A DNA stretch of 64,000 nt from assembly GCA_964460845.1 (NCBI GenBank), contig CAYWRZ010000001.1:131533-195532 (forward strand), written 5' to 3'. The stretch comes from an uncultured Weeksellaceae bacterium. GTDB taxonomy: Bacteria; Bacteroidota; Bacteroidia; Flavobacteriales_D; UBA2798. Numbering within the stretch: the stretch's first letter is position 1; each line of letters opens with the position of its first letter. Under the pieces are notes generated by a model. That model was not told the DNA's origin, ran no database searches, and saw only the letters and a program-made list of their open reading frames with translations. Both the position numbers and the translations under genes were made by a program. This document shows positions 1 through 10,100 of the stretch, in pieces.

Positions 1-1618
1 CGCTCTTCCATCCTTCGGGAAGCTGTAAACGTACCCGCGCTTCCGTTGCGGTACCGAAATTTTTGACCTGCACTTTCAACGTACGGGCCACACCGGGGAA
101 AAATACTAGCGCTTCGCCTTCGGCACGAGCCGCCACAGGTGGAGCGACCACTACCGGCTGATATACTTCTCCGCGCGAAGGATCGACATACTTGTAAGCC
201 AGCGGACGGGTATAACGAAACGTTTCTCCGGCAATCTTTACGCTAAAATGAACCTTCGTTTCTTCACGGTATTCGGGATACGCGTGCAAAGGTGCCTCCG
301 CATTTTCTCTAAATCCGAGTGCTTCCGGATCAAGGCTTCCATACGGCATGGATACGGGCGTAGCCACAGGAAGCAAAAAGGGCAACTTCTTTTGCAAAAG
401 CACATTAGATGCTGCCGGCCTTACCGTATTTTCGGCAAATTCGCCAAAATCGGTTTGTGTCCATTCTACCGTCAATCCGCTGCGGTTAATCAGCGAAAGC
501 TGTAGCACGGTCGAATCGCCGGGTGTAAGATAAGGCAAGGGTGAAAGGGCTTCTATGTAAAGTCCGGCACATTGCGCCACCAGCTCGCGGATAGCTTCCA
601 GCTTTAAGCTTTTCCATGTCGAAAAACCGGGTTCGGGCGAAGTCGTTTTCTGTAAGCTGCGGTACAGCTTTATCAACGCAGGCACCGATTGGGAAGGGTT
701 TTCGTCGCTGAATGCAGCCTGTATTTTTTCTATTTCTTTCCCTACAAAAGCGCTTTGTGAAAAACGTGTCCAACCGGTACGGATGCCGTCGGTAAGCTGA
801 TGTACAGGTGCTTTACCTTCGAGTGTGGTAAAATATTCGAGCTGCGATCCGCGACGGCGTTCGGTGCCGAATGCCTGACTACGGTGTTGCGAACGACTTT
901 CGGCTGCCGTTTCTCCATAACTTTTTCCGCTAAGCGGATCGTAACCGCCTACGTCTATTTTGAACTGATCTTCGGAGATGGTGTTGGCCGAACCGAAATT
1001 AAACGTATTCCACAGCAAACGCTCCGTTTTCCAAAGAGGCACCCATTGCAACTGATCCGGATATTTTGCCGGATCGGCCGCCGCATGAAAAGCCTCACGA
1101 GCCAATATGGCCGAAGCGGTATGATGCCCGTGTCCCCCTTCGCCGGTAGTGGGGAAACGGCAGATAATAATATCGGGCTGAAACTTACGAATCACCCACA
1201 CCACGTCGCGCAGCACCTCTTCTTTGTTCCATTCGCGAAACGTTTCGGCAGGATTTTTGGAATAGCCGAAGTCGAAGGCCCGGGTAAAAAATTGTTCGGC
1301 CCCGTCGATACGACGCGCCGCTAACAGTTCCTGCGTGCGGATAATGCCCAGGTCGCGTCCCTGTTCTTCACCGATAAGGTTCTGTCCGCCGTCGCCGCGG
1401 GTCAGCGAAAGGTAGCCCGTGCGGTAATGCAGCGCTCCGGTAAGATAGCTGATAAGCCTTGTGTTCTCGTCGTCGGGATGCGCGGCAATGTACAGCACAC
1501 TGCCTACGGTGTTCAGCTTTTTGAGGCCGTTGCGAATATCGGCCGCGCTATATGTACGGGGTTGGGCCTGAACTTGTGTAAACAGCAGCAAAAAGAAAAG
1601 CAGCGCAATTTTTTTCAT
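1..1618 (-). CDS. PIG-L/LmbE family deacetylase, C-terminal part lies outside the window
   Basis: Absent from the supplied ORF track because there is no stop in the window. Reverse translation from ATG at 1618-1616 gives MKKIALLFFLLLFTQVQAQ (signal peptide), then VLYIAAHPDDENTRLISYL and CRFPTTGEGGHGHHTASA. These are the AHPDDE and HxxH zinc-site motifs of LmbE/PIG-L enzymes. Frame checked by hand at 841 (LEYFT) and open down to position 2. Confidence 0.8.
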   Translation of the reverse strand, partial: MKKIALLFFLLLFTQVQAQPRTYSAADIRNGLKKLNTVGSVLYIAAHPDDENTRLISYLTGALHYRTGYLSLTRGDGGQNLIGEEQGRDLGIIRTQELLAARRIDGAEQFFTRAFDFGYSKNPAETFREWNKEEVLRDVVWVIRKFQPDIIICRFPTTGEGGHGHHTASAILAREAFHAAADPAKYPDQLQWVPLWKTERLLWNTFNFGSANTISEDQFKIDVGGYDPLSGKSYGETAAESRSQHRSQAFGTERRRGSQLEYFTTLEGKAPVHQLTDGIRTGWTRFSQSAFVGKEIEKIQAAFSDENPSQSVPALIKLYRSLQKTTSPEPGFSTWKSLKLEAIRELVAQCAGLYIEALSPLPYLTPGDSTVLQLSLINRSGLTVEWTQTDFGEFAENTVRPAASNVLLQKKLPFLLPVATPVSMPYGSLDPEALGFRENAEAPLHAYPEYREETKVHFSVKIAGETFRYTRPLAYKYVDPSRGEVYQPVVVAPPVAARAEGEALVFFPGVARTLKVQVKNFGTATEARVRLQLPEGWKS

Positions 1619-1637
1619 GGGCAGACGGTGTATCGTT

Positions 1638-1645
1638 CAAAAATA
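1638..1645 (-). promoter_or_regulatory. Bacteroidota -7 box TATTTTTG (TAnnTTTG) upstream of the PIG-L gene
   Basis: Plus strand reads caaaaata. The motif ends 20 nt upstream of the ATG at 1618. Confidence 0.4.
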
Positions 1646-1791
1646 AGGATTATGCCGAATAATTGTAGGTACAATTAACAAGCGGTAAACAGAGCGGGTC
1701 ATCGGTGAACAGACGCAGAAAACGCTGGAAATTTTTCTTTTCCTTTGTAGAACAAGAAATGGATATAAAAAACTTCTTAATACGGCTTAGT

Positions 1792-2688
1792 ATGAAACGA
1801 TATTGGATACTACCGCTCTTGCTGCTTTGCGCCTACGGGTGTCGCTCAAAAGCGCCTACGATAGCAGAAACGGAGCCTACGGTGCAGGAAGAAAAAGCGC
1901 CTCCCCTGTTTTCAGCAAAGGGCACACAGCACGAACTGAGCACAGAACAGGAAACCGAATCGGAGATCGACCCCAAAAATCAAATCACATTGGATAAAGT
2001 AATCGTCTCTTCTTCTTTTTGTTTTGGGAACTGCCCGGTGCACGACATACTGCTTACCCGACAGGGAGAACTGCTGTTTTACGGCGAACAACACAATACA
2101 CACAACGGTTATCGGCACCTGAAACTGTCTGCCGAACTATGGGAAAAAATAGAAGCACTGTTTTTGGCGGCAAATTACGCCACGCTCGACGATAACTATA
2201 CGGCCGACATCAGCGATAACCAAACCATTACCGTTACATTCGTTCAGGGAACTAAAATCGTGAAAACCATTACTGATTATGCGAGTCGGTCGCCGAAAAG
2301 CTTTCAGGATGCCTACACGGCTGTGCGCCATATTCCCGAACAGCAGGCCACCGACACACTCGCTGCTTTACCGTTTTACCTCAACCTGCATCATATTGCT
2401 ATAAAGCAGGAATCAGACATTTGTGATCTGACCCGCTCCGAAAGTTTTTACCTCTGGAGTCTCTTACGCGATGCGAAAAAAACCACGCAGACCCACGAAG
2501 GGAAATACTTACTGCGTTATTCCGGAGCACCCGAAGTAGCAGCGATCAAAAGTGATGGGCGATATTTCACTTTTCGTTTCAAGAAAGGAACGCCCGAAAC
2601 CCTTACGCTGGATATAGGATTCAATTTTATGGAATCGAATGCCGAGCTGCTGCAAAAAAGATGGCGCGAAAAGACCCAATATGAATAG
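1792..2688 (+). CDS. Hypothetical lipoprotein with CxGxCP motif
   Basis: ORF 1705-2688 starts at a GTG. The internal ATG at 1792 gives MKRYWILPLLLLCAYGC, a lipobox signal. It contains SSSFCFGNCPVHD, which I associate from memory with DUF6438-type proteins (unverified). Confidence 0.7.
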   Translation: MKRYWILPLLLLCAYGCRSKAPTIAETEPTVQEEKAPPLFSAKGTQHELSTEQETESEIDPKNQITLDKVIVSSSFCFGNCPVHDILLTRQGELLFYGEQHNTHNGYRHLKLSAELWEKIEALFLAANYATLDDNYTADISDNQTITVTFVQGTKIVKTITDYASRSPKSFQDAYTAVRHIPEQQATDTLAALPFYLNLHHIAIKQESDICDLTRSESFYLWSLLRDAKKTTQTHEGKYLLRYSGAPEVAAIKSDGRYFTFRFKKGTPETLTLDIGFNFMESNAELLQKRWREKTQYE

Positions 2689-2695
2689 CACTGAC

Positions 2696-2732
2696 AAAAA
2701 GAGGCTGCTCCTTCCGGGCAGCCTCTTTTTTT
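2696..2732. terminator. Bidirectional rho-independent terminator between convergent genes
   Basis: aaaaa-GAGGCTGC-tccttccgg-GCAGCCTC-ttttttt. Perfect 8-bp GC-rich stem flanked by an A-run and a T-run. Confidence 0.85.
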
Positions 2733-2756
2733 ACAACTAATAATAGCGTAACCGAT

Positions 2757-3635
2757 TTATACCGCACTTTTCGCTTCTACTTCGGGTGCGATTTTCTTCA
2801 CTAATCCCTGCAATACTTTACCGGGTCCTGCTTCTATAAATACGCTGGCTCCGTCGGCCACCATCTGCCTGACCGATTGTGTCCATTTCACCGGCGCGGT
2901 AAGCTGTGCCACCAGATTGGTCTGAATGCGTTCCGGGTCACTCACTGCCGCAGCCGTCACGTTTTGGTACACCGGACAAAGCGGTTTTTCAAAACGGGCC
3001 GCACGAATAGCGGCTTCGAGCTCGACACGTGCGGGCTCCATCAGCGGCGAATGAAAAGCTCCCCCCACCGGCAATACCAGCGCGCGTTTGGCACCTGCCG
3101 CTTTTAAGGCTTCGCAGGCTTTGTTCACCGCCTCGACCGAACCGGAAATAACCAGTTGCCCCGGGCAATTGTAATTGGCCGGCACTACTACACCTTCTAT
3201 CCCGGCGCATATTTCTTCCACTTTCGCATCGTCGAGTCCCAGCACTGCTGCCATGGTCGAAGGGGTAGCCTCGCAGGCTTTCTGCATGGCCAGCGCTCGT
3301 TTAGAGACCAGCGTAAGTCCTTCCTGGAATGAAAGCGCACCATTAGCCACCAGCGCCGAAAATTCACCCAACGAATGACCGGCCACCATGTCGGGACGAA
3401 ACTGATCGCCCAGGGTTTTGACCAGCACCACCGAATGCAGAAAAATAGCGGGTTGGGTTACTTTGGTTTGTTTGAGTTCTTCGTCGCTACCGGTAAACAT
3501 CACATCGGTGATGCGAAAACCGAGTATCTCGTTTGCCTGTTCAAAAAGTGACTTGGCCAGCGCCGATCCTTCATAAAGATCTTTTCCCATTCCGGAAAAT
3601 TGCGAACCCTGACCGGGGAATACGTATGCGTTCAT
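2757..3635 (-). CDS. fabD: Malonyl CoA-acyl carrier protein transacylase
   Basis: ORF 2757-3749. The internal ATG at 3635 gives MNAYVFPGQGSQFSGMGKDLY, the typical FabD N-terminus. The GHSLGE active-site motif is present. Confidence 0.95.
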   Translation of the reverse strand: MNAYVFPGQGSQFSGMGKDLYEGSALAKSLFEQANEILGFRITDVMFTGSDEELKQTKVTQPAIFLHSVVLVKTLGDQFRPDMVAGHSLGEFSALVANGALSFQEGLTLVSKRALAMQKACEATPSTMAAVLGLDDAKVEEICAGIEGVVVPANYNCPGQLVISGSVEAVNKACEALKAAGAKRALVLPVGGAFHSPLMEPARVELEAAIRAARFEKPLCPVYQNVTAAAVSDPERIQTNLVAQLTAPVKWTQSVRQMVADGASVFIEAGPGKVLQGLVKKIAPEVEAKSAV

Positions 3636-3712
3636 GTATCGGATGTTTTTTGATATTCCGAATTTACACAAAAACCCACCGGAACAGCTTTTCCGGAAAA
3701 AAAATTCGGCAT

Positions 3713-3746
3713 AAAAAAACGCCCTGCCGGTAAAGACAGAGCGTTT
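3713..3746 (-). terminator. Rho-independent terminator downstream of the Bax inhibitor-1 family gene
   Basis: Minus strand reads AAACGCTCTG-loop-CAGGGCGTTT followed by TTTT. The stem is 10 bp with one G-U pair. Confidence 0.7.
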
Positions 3747-3765
3747 CAAATTCAGTTTCGTTCGC

Positions 3766-4488
3766 TTATTCGCGGTTACCCATAAAGCGCAGGATAGACA
3801 GGAAAAGGTTGATGAACAGAATGTAAAGCTTCAGTCCGCCGATGAGCGCGAGCTTGGAACGCGAAGCGCCGTCGAGCTCAGGGTCGTTAGAAATGTGCTT
3901 CAGGCGTTGCATTTCGTAAGCAGTCAATCCGGTAAATACGAACAGACCGAGGAAAGAAATGATATAGCCCATCGTATCGCTGCCGATAAAGAAGTTCACC
4001 ATGCTGGCAATAAACATTCCGATAAACACCATGTAAAGCAGGCTTCCGAATTTGGTCAGGTCGGTTTTGGTGAAGTAGCCCAGTAGTGCCATGGCACCGA
4101 ATGCACCGGCTGTAGTGAAGAAAGTAGCGACAATCGAGCCCATGCTGTACACAAGGAAAATAAAGCTAAGGCTCATGCCAAGCAGCACCGAATAGGCGAG
4201 GAACAGCAATACCAGCGCTATCATGGGTAAGCGTTGGAAACCGGCCTGAATGATCAGCACCAGCACCAGCGGAGCAAACATAATGACGTAACCCAGCGGC
4301 GACATTCCGGTTTCTGTAAACATAGAATAGATGAACGCTTCATTCTGAGAAAGCACATAAGCTACCAATCCGGTAATGGTGAGCGCGGCAAACATGTACG
4401 AATACACGTTGGCGAAAAATTCTTTGGTAGCGGTACCGGTGCTACCTTTTTGCTGTTGACGGTCAAGAATCTGATCGAACATGGACAT
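3766..4488 (-). CDS. Bax inhibitor-1/YccA family membrane protein
   Basis: 240 aa and polytopic. N-terminal FFANVYSYMFAALTITGLVAY and C-terminal LALIGGLKLYILFINLFLSIL are typical of the BI-1/YccA family. Confidence 0.85.
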   Translation of the reverse strand: MSMFDQILDRQQQKGSTGTATKEFFANVYSYMFAALTITGLVAYVLSQNEAFIYSMFTETGMSPLGYVIMFAPLVLVLIIQAGFQRLPMIALVLLFLAYSVLLGMSLSFIFLVYSMGSIVATFFTTAGAFGAMALLGYFTKTDLTKFGSLLYMVFIGMFIASMVNFFIGSDTMGYIISFLGLFVFTGLTAYEMQRLKHISNDPELDGASRSKLALIGGLKLYILFINLFLSILRFMGNRE

Positions 4489-4572
4489 ATCTTTAGTTAT
4501 TTTGGTTTTTAAACGTGGGGGGACAAAAATTCAACTTCAAATATACGATTTTTAGCGCGCTGCGCCAAGCTC

Positions 4573-5292
4573 TCAATTACGATTGCGGTTGAGTAACGAA
4601 ATATAATACAACAAAGTTACAAGCGAAGCCATAGCCGCTACCACATAGGTCATTGCCGCCCAAAACAGGGCCTCGCGAGAGCGGGTATATTCGGCTTTGG
4701 AAGCTACTCCCGAAGCGGTAATCCAGTTAAGCGCCCTGCGGCTGGCGTCAAATTCGACCGGAAGCGTAACCAGGCTGAAAAGCGTCATGATACCGTAAGC
4801 GATAATGATCACCCAAAGCACGCTTTCCATCGGGAAGGCATCATAAAGCACGGCGCCACCGATAAAAGCCGCAAGAAACACAAAGTTCAGAATGGTTCCG
4901 CTGATGTGCTGCAAAGGCACTAAGGCCGAACGAAACTGCAGCATCGAATAGCCTTTGGCATGCTGTACGGCGTGACCACATTCGTGCGCCGCCACTGCTG
5001 CTGCAGCCGCATTGCGACCGTTATACACATCGCGGCTCAGGTTCACGGTGCGGTTGGCAGGATTGTAATGATCGGTCAGCTCACCCTCGACACTCATCAC
5101 CCTTACGTTCGAAACGCCGTTGTCACGCAGCATTTTTTCCGCTATCTCCTTACCCGAAAGGTTAGAAGAAATAGGTGTCTGAGAATACGCCGCAAACTTG
5201 GAACGCAACACCATTCCTACCAGCGTGCCTATTGCCATAAACACCAGTCCGATAATCATCACCGGACCGAAGTACAAGTCACTTATATTCAT
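4573..5292 (-). CDS. Membrane zinc metallopeptidase, YugP-like
   Basis: HECGHAVQH (HExxH) motif lies between an N-terminal TM helix and C-terminal TM helices. The architecture matches the Zn_peptidase_2 family (from memory). Confidence 0.8.
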   Translation of the reverse strand: MNISDLYFGPVMIIGLVFMAIGTLVGMVLRSKFAAYSQTPISSNLSGKEIAEKMLRDNGVSNVRVMSVEGELTDHYNPANRTVNLSRDVYNGRNAAAAAVAAHECGHAVQHAKGYSMLQFRSALVPLQHISGTILNFVFLAAFIGGAVLYDAFPMESVLWVIIIAYGIMTLFSLVTLPVEFDASRRALNWITASGVASKAEYTRSREALFWAAMTYVVAAMASLVTLLYYISLLNRNRN

Positions 5293-5293
5293 A

Positions 5294-5926
5294 TCAGCTC
5301 AGTTTTGCACCAATAAGGGAGATAAACTCCGAGCGCGTAGTATCTTTCAAAAACTCGCCGGTAAATGCCGAAGTGGTCGTTACCGAATTTTGTTTTTGCA
5401 CACCACGCATCTGCATGCACATGTGACTGGCCTCTATCACTACGGCTACTCCGAGCGGTTGTAAAGTGCGCTGAATACAGTCGCGGATATCGGTGGTCAG
5501 TCTCTCCTGCACCTGCAATCTCCGTGCAAAAGTCTCTACCACACGCGGAATCTTGCTGAGTCCGACAATATGTCCGTTTGGGATATAAGCCACATGCGCC
5601 TTACCGAAAAAGGGCAGCAGGTGATGTTCGCAGAGCGAATACACTTCTATATCCTTCACTATCACCATCTGGCTATAGTCTTCGGCAAACATGGCCGAAC
5701 GCAGAATCGCCTCCGGATCGAGCGTATAGCCGTGGGTAAGGAAATGCAGAGCTTTGGCTACACGCTCAGGCGTTTTTACCAATCCCTCGCGCGAAGGATC
5801 CTCACCAATGGCCTCTAATACTTTGTGGTAAATATCGCTGATGGCTTTAATTCCGGCAGCCGAATCGGGTGTCAGCTTATCCTCATTCCCGGCCGGATCT
5901 TCTGAATTTATGTCAGGTTTGCTCAT
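5294..5926 (-). CDS. folE: GTP cyclohydrolase I
   Basis: 210 aa. Contains [20 protein letters not shown] and [15 protein letters not shown], the canonical FolE blocks. Confidence 0.95.
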   Translation of the reverse strand: MSKPDINSEDPAGNEDKLTPDSAAGIKAISDIYHKVLEAIGEDPSREGLVKTPERVAKALHFLTHGYTLDPEAILRSAMFAEDYSQMVIVKDIEVYSLCEHHLLPFFGKAHVAYIPNGHIVGLSKIPRVVETFARRLQVQERLTTDIRDCIQRTLQPLGVAVVIEASHMCMQMRGVQKQNSVTTTSAFTGEFLKDTTRSEFISLIGAKLS

Positions 5927-6348
5927 GCGCTTTCTCCGTAGTATTCTGCAAAATTATTTTCGGTTTCCCACAGCTTAACACTGTGCAAACGACAGCCCAG
6001 CGCGTTCACATGCGATTCGATCTGCTCCCAAATTACAATGGCCAGGTTCTCGGTCGAAGGCTTTATACCCTTCATAAAATCGACATCCAAGTTAAGGTTG
6101 CGATGATCCATTTTTTCGGTGATATGCTCGCGAATAAGCTGGCTGAGCAGCTTCAAATCGACCACAAAGCCGGTAAGCGGATCGGGCGAACCCTTGACGG
6201 TCACGTATAAGGTATAGTTATGCCCATGCCAGTTAGGATTGGAGCATTTGCCAAATACTTCATAATTCTTCTCTTCGCTCCACTGTTCGTTCCAAAGCTT
6301 ATGGGCGGCATTAAAATGCTCTCGGCGGGTAATATAAACGGTCTTCAT
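5923..6348 (-). CDS. 6-pyruvoyl-tetrahydropterin synthase family protein (PTPS/QueD superfamily)
   Basis: ATG at 6348 is preferred over the TTG at 6366. Contains FNAAHKL and [14 protein letters not shown], i.e. Cys-x5-HGH as in animal-type PTPS rather than Cys-x3-HGH of E. coli QueD. Its stop overlaps the folE start (ATGA). Confidence 0.85.
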   Translation of the reverse strand: MKTVYITRREHFNAAHKLWNEQWSEEKNYEVFGKCSNPNWHGHNYTLYVTVKGSPDPLTGFVVDLKLLSQLIREHITEKMDHRNLNLDVDFMKGIKPSTENLAIVIWEQIESHVNALGCRLHSVKLWETENNFAEYYGESA

Positions 6349-6396
6349 TTGGTAAATCTGTTGCAAATATACAAGGAAAGCACGAGGTGCGGAAAC

Positions 6397-7653
6397 CTAA
6401 TCCCCGTATTCGATGCCAAAGCCGGCAGCCTGTAAGTCACGCCAAAAGGAGGGATAGGATTTGCGCACTACGTTCGGATCTTCGATCGACAGGGGAATGC
6501 CTTTACACGCAAATACGGAAAATGCCATCGCCATTCGGTGATCGTGATAGGTTCGCACAGGCCGTTCAGGTATAAGCAGATCTAAAGTCGGGTAAATTTC
6601 AAGGGTATCGGGCGTAGCTACTGTTTTTACGCCAAAAAGATCCAGCTCGCGGCAAAGCGCCGCTATACGGTCGGTTTCTTTGATGCGCAGGGTCGCCAAT
6701 CCGGTCAACTGCGCCGGTATTCCGCCAGCGGCGCACACACAGGCCAGGGTTTGTGCCAAATCGGGGCAATTGGTAAAATCGAAGGTAAAATGCGAGGGAA
6801 ATAATTCCCCTTCAAGCCTGCGAAGGCAAACGCCATCGGGAGTAAACTCGGTTTCGACACCGAACGCACTGAAAATCTGCGCCACCACCGCATCGCCCTG
6901 TAAGCTGTGCCGACGAAGTCCCTGAAGCCACACCTCACTACCGGGGGCAGAAAAAGCGACCAAAGCATACCAATACGAAGCCGCGCTCCAATCGGCCTCT
7001 ACCTCAAAGGGCTGCTCAAACGAATAAGGAACGGGCTTTACCGCTATAAAAAGCGGATCGGAATCCTGTACCCCTGCGCCAAAATGCCGCATAATTTCTA
7101 CCGTCATGGCAATATAGGGCGCCGACACCGGGGGACTGGAAAACCGAATCTTCAATCCGTTTTCGAGACAAGGCGCTATCAACAGCAAAGCCGACACAAA
7201 CTGGCTGCTCACTCCGGCATCGAGTATAAGTTCGCCGCCTTTGAGCGTTCCACCCCTGATCTGAAGCGGAGGGTAACCTTCTTTTTCGAGGTAAGTAATG
7301 GAAGCGCCCATGCTACGTAAAGCCTCGACCAGTATCCCTATCGGGCGCTCTTTCATCCGGGCGCTGCCTGTTAGTATCCAATCACCTTCGTAAAAAGCCA
7401 GCAGCGCTGTCAGAAAACGAAACGAGGTTCCCGCCGCACCCACGTCGATCAAAGTCTGTGTGGCCTGAGCAGCACGGATTTGCTTCAGCGCAGCCGTCAG
7501 GGCAAGGGTATCGTCCGAATCGGAAAGGTTATGCAGCGAAAAGGCATTCCCCGAAAGGGCCTGAATGATCAAAGCCCGGTTGCTCTCGCTTTTGGAAGCC
7601 GAAAGCCGGCTGCGGTAATACAGCTTACAGGAAGAAGTAAGGGTAAGTTTCAT
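6397..7653 (-). CDS. aroA: 3-phosphoshikimate 1-carboxyvinyltransferase (EPSP synthase)
   Basis: 418 aa. Contains SKSESNRALI, GAAGTSFRFL and RIKETDRI blocks typical of AroA. Confidence 0.9.
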   Translation of the reverse strand: MKLTLTSSCKLYYRSRLSASKSESNRALIIQALSGNAFSLHNLSDSDDTLALTAALKQIRAAQATQTLIDVGAAGTSFRFLTALLAFYEGDWILTGSARMKERPIGILVEALRSMGASITYLEKEGYPPLQIRGGTLKGGELILDAGVSSQFVSALLLIAPCLENGLKIRFSSPPVSAPYIAMTVEIMRHFGAGVQDSDPLFIAVKPVPYSFEQPFEVEADWSAASYWYALVAFSAPGSEVWLQGLRRHSLQGDAVVAQIFSAFGVETEFTPDGVCLRRLEGELFPSHFTFDFTNCPDLAQTLACVCAAGGIPAQLTGLATLRIKETDRIAALCRELDLFGVKTVATPDTLEIYPTLDLLIPERPVRTYHDHRMAMAFSVFACKGIPLSIEDPNVVRKSYPSFWRDLQAAGFGIEYGD

Positions 7654-8732
7654 CAGCGGCTCAGGGAAAGGTAAAAGCGTAATGCCTCACGTATCTCATC
7701 GGCCGTACAATCACAGTCGGTACGCGGACTACCGGGATCATCCAGCAACGTAAAGCGAATGCTTCCGTCGCGGTTCTTTTTATCGTGCCGCATAATTTCG
7801 AGCAGACGGTGAAAATCAATATCATCAAACCTCCAAAAGGGGTAATGCCGGGTCAGGAAGCCGCTTATTTCTTCCAAACGGGACGAAGAAAGTTTTCCTT
7901 TTCGTTGCGAAAGCCAGCTCTCGCAGATAATACCAATCACTATCGCTTCTCCGTGCGTTAAAGGCTTGCGTCCACCTTCAAAAGACAGGCTCTCGACGGC
8001 ATGACCTATAGTATGCCCCAGGTTGAGAATTTTACGGCGATCACGCTCAAAGGGATCTTCCAGCACAATCGTATTCTTAAAATTGACCGAGCGGTAAATC
8101 AGGTCTTCCAGCTTATCCGGACGACTCAGATCGACCGATTGCACCTGCTGCCATTCTTCCACACCGGCCAGCAGCGCGTGTTTGATCACTTCTGCAAAAC
8201 CCGACATGACCTCGCGTTTGCTAAGCGTAAGCAAAAATGCCGGATCGATAAACACCGCACGCGGGTAGCTGAAAAGTCCGACCATGTTTTTGAGTCCGCC
8301 GAGATCAACTCCTACCTTACCGCCTACCGAAGCATCGACCTGCGCAAGCAAGGTGGTTGGAATATGAATATAAGGTATCCCTCTTTTATAGGTAGCGGCA
8401 ATAAACCCTCCCATATCCGAAATCACCCCCCCGCCGAGGTTCACAAAAAGGCTGTGGCGATCGGCTCCCAGTTCAGCCAGCGCTTCCCAGATACGGGTGC
8501 AGATATCTATCGTTTTACTTTGCTCACCGCTCTCTATTTCAATAAGTTCGGCCTGCTGAAATGCTTCAAACGTTTCGACCAAACGCGGAAAGCAGCTTTG
8601 CAGTGAATTTTCATCCACCAGCACAAACTTCTTCGCTTTACTGAATTCGGTGCCGCTCACTAAATCCCGGAGCGGGGAGTCGGCCAATGGGCCTATATAA
8701 ACCGGGTATCCGTCAGAGTGTAGGGTGTACAT
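7653..8732 (-). CDS. aroB: 3-dehydroquinate synthase
   Basis: ORF 7653-8783; ATG at 8732 preferred. Contains GGGVISDMGGFIAATYKRGI and LNLGHTIGHAVE, the DHQS metal and NAD motifs. Its stop overlaps the aroA start by 1 nt. Confidence 0.9.
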   Translation of the reverse strand: MYTLHSDGYPVYIGPLADSPLRDLVSGTEFSKAKKFVLVDENSLQSCFPRLVETFEAFQQAELIEIESGEQSKTIDICTRIWEALAELGADRHSLFVNLGGGVISDMGGFIAATYKRGIPYIHIPTTLLAQVDASVGGKVGVDLGGLKNMVGLFSYPRAVFIDPAFLLTLSKREVMSGFAEVIKHALLAGVEEWQQVQSVDLSRPDKLEDLIYRSVNFKNTIVLEDPFERDRRKILNLGHTIGHAVESLSFEGGRKPLTHGEAIVIGIICESWLSQRKGKLSSSRLEEISGFLTRHYPFWRFDDIDFHRLLEIMRHDKKNRDGSIRFTLLDDPGSPRTDCDCTADEIREALRFYLSLSR

Positions 8733-8811
8733 ACCTATGCTTGGTACTACAAGATACGGAAAATAAAAAAACAGGAGCCTCAAGGCATAGCATGAAATAA
8801 AAGCGGGTATG

Positions 8812-8819
8812 TATCTTTG
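8812..8819 (+). promoter_or_regulatory. -7 box TATCTTTG upstream of the proline dehydrogenase gene
   Basis: Exact TAnnTTTG ending 17 nt before the ATG at 8837. Confidence 0.5.
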
Positions 8820-8836
8820 CAGCCGATTCGTACTTC

Positions 8837-10009
8837 ATGATCGCATTCGACAATACCGAAGTTGCTTTTGAAGGCAAAAGCAATAAAGACCTTCGCAGGG
8901 CTTACTGGCTCTTCAGGATTATGGCGCGACCGGCCATCGTAAAGGCAGGGAAACTCCTGACTATGCTGGCATTTAAGCTGCGTCTTCCTGTCAGGGGACT
9001 CATTAAGCGCACTATTTTCCGCCAGTTTTGCGGCGGAGAAACCATTGCTGAATGCGAGACCCGTATCGGCGATTTATCGCGTTATCACATCGGCACCATT
9101 CTCGATTATTCGGTCGAAGGGCAGCACGACGAATCGGGACTGGATCATACCGCCCAGGAAATTATCGCCACTACGCAGGTAGCACGGGGCAACAAGGCTA
9201 TTCCGTTCTGCGTGTTTAAACTAACGGGAGTAGCCCGTTTTGCGCTGTTGGAAAAAGTAAGCGTCGATGCCGAGCTGAGCGGCGAAGAGAAGCAAGAGTA
9301 TCTTCGGGTTATCCAACGGGTGGACACTATCTGCCGGCATGCCGCCGAAGCAGACACGCCTGTATTTATCGATGCCGAAGAAAGCTGGATTCAACCCGCC
9401 ATCGACAGCCTGGCCCACTCCATGATGGGACGATACAATCGCGAAAAGGCCATTGTTTATAATACCATACAACTTTACCGTCACGACCGGATGGAGTTCT
9501 TCCGCGATGCTTTACAAAAAGCCAGACAGGGCGGTTACAAGCTGGGCGTAAAGCTGGTAAGGGGCGCATACATGGAAAAAGAGCGCCGCCGGGCCGAAAC
9601 GCTGGCTTACCCTTCTCCCATACAGCCCGACAAGGCCGCTACCGACCGTGACTATGACCTGTCGCTCCGTTTTGCGGTAGAAAACCTCAACGATATTGCC
9701 TTGTGTGCAGGGACGCACAACGAAGCCAGCACCCTATACCTGACCGAGCTTATGCACACACACCAAATCGCACCTTCCGATCCGCGTGTGTTTTTTTCGC
9801 AATTATTAGGCATGAGCGATCACATCAGCTACAACCTGGCCAAAGAAGGCTACCTTGTAGCCAAATACGTTCCCTACGGGCCTGTGAGAGAAGTACTCCC
9901 TTACCTGTTCCGCAGGGCCGAAGAAAATACTTCCGTAAAAGGCCAGACCGGCCGGGAGCTTAGCCTGATCATTAAAGAACGGCAAAGAAGAAAGCGGGTA
10001 AGCAACTGA
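8837..10009 (+). CDS. Proline dehydrogenase (monofunctional)
   Basis: 390 aa. Contains GVKLVRGAYMEKER and a C-terminal YLFRRAEENTS block typical of the proline dehydrogenase family. Confidence 0.8.
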   Translation: MIAFDNTEVAFEGKSNKDLRRAYWLFRIMARPAIVKAGKLLTMLAFKLRLPVRGLIKRTIFRQFCGGETIAECETRIGDLSRYHIGTILDYSVEGQHDESGLDHTAQEIIATTQVARGNKAIPFCVFKLTGVARFALLEKVSVDAELSGEEKQEYLRVIQRVDTICRHAAEADTPVFIDAEESWIQPAIDSLAHSMMGRYNREKAIVYNTIQLYRHDRMEFFRDALQKARQGGYKLGVKLVRGAYMEKERRRAETLAYPSPIQPDKAATDRDYDLSLRFAVENLNDIALCAGTHNEASTLYLTELMHTHQIAPSDPRVFFSQLLGMSDHISYNLAKEGYLVAKYVPYGPVREVLPYLFRRAEENTSVKGQTGRELSLIIKERQRRKRVSN

Positions 10010-10100
10010 TTTTTGTCTTTTTATGACCCGTTTAAAATTCGGTAAAACGGGACGATATGCTTACTTTTAGCCTTTACAGTCAGTTGGCTGAACCTGAGTG

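Noticed and set aside
248-1324. Several 60-174 aa ORFs from the track (248-505, 348-533, 486-773, 800-1324).
   Set aside because: All lie inside, and out of frame with or antisense to, the long PIG-L deacetylase reading frame that runs 1618 to 1. That frame has clear family motifs and these ORFs have none.
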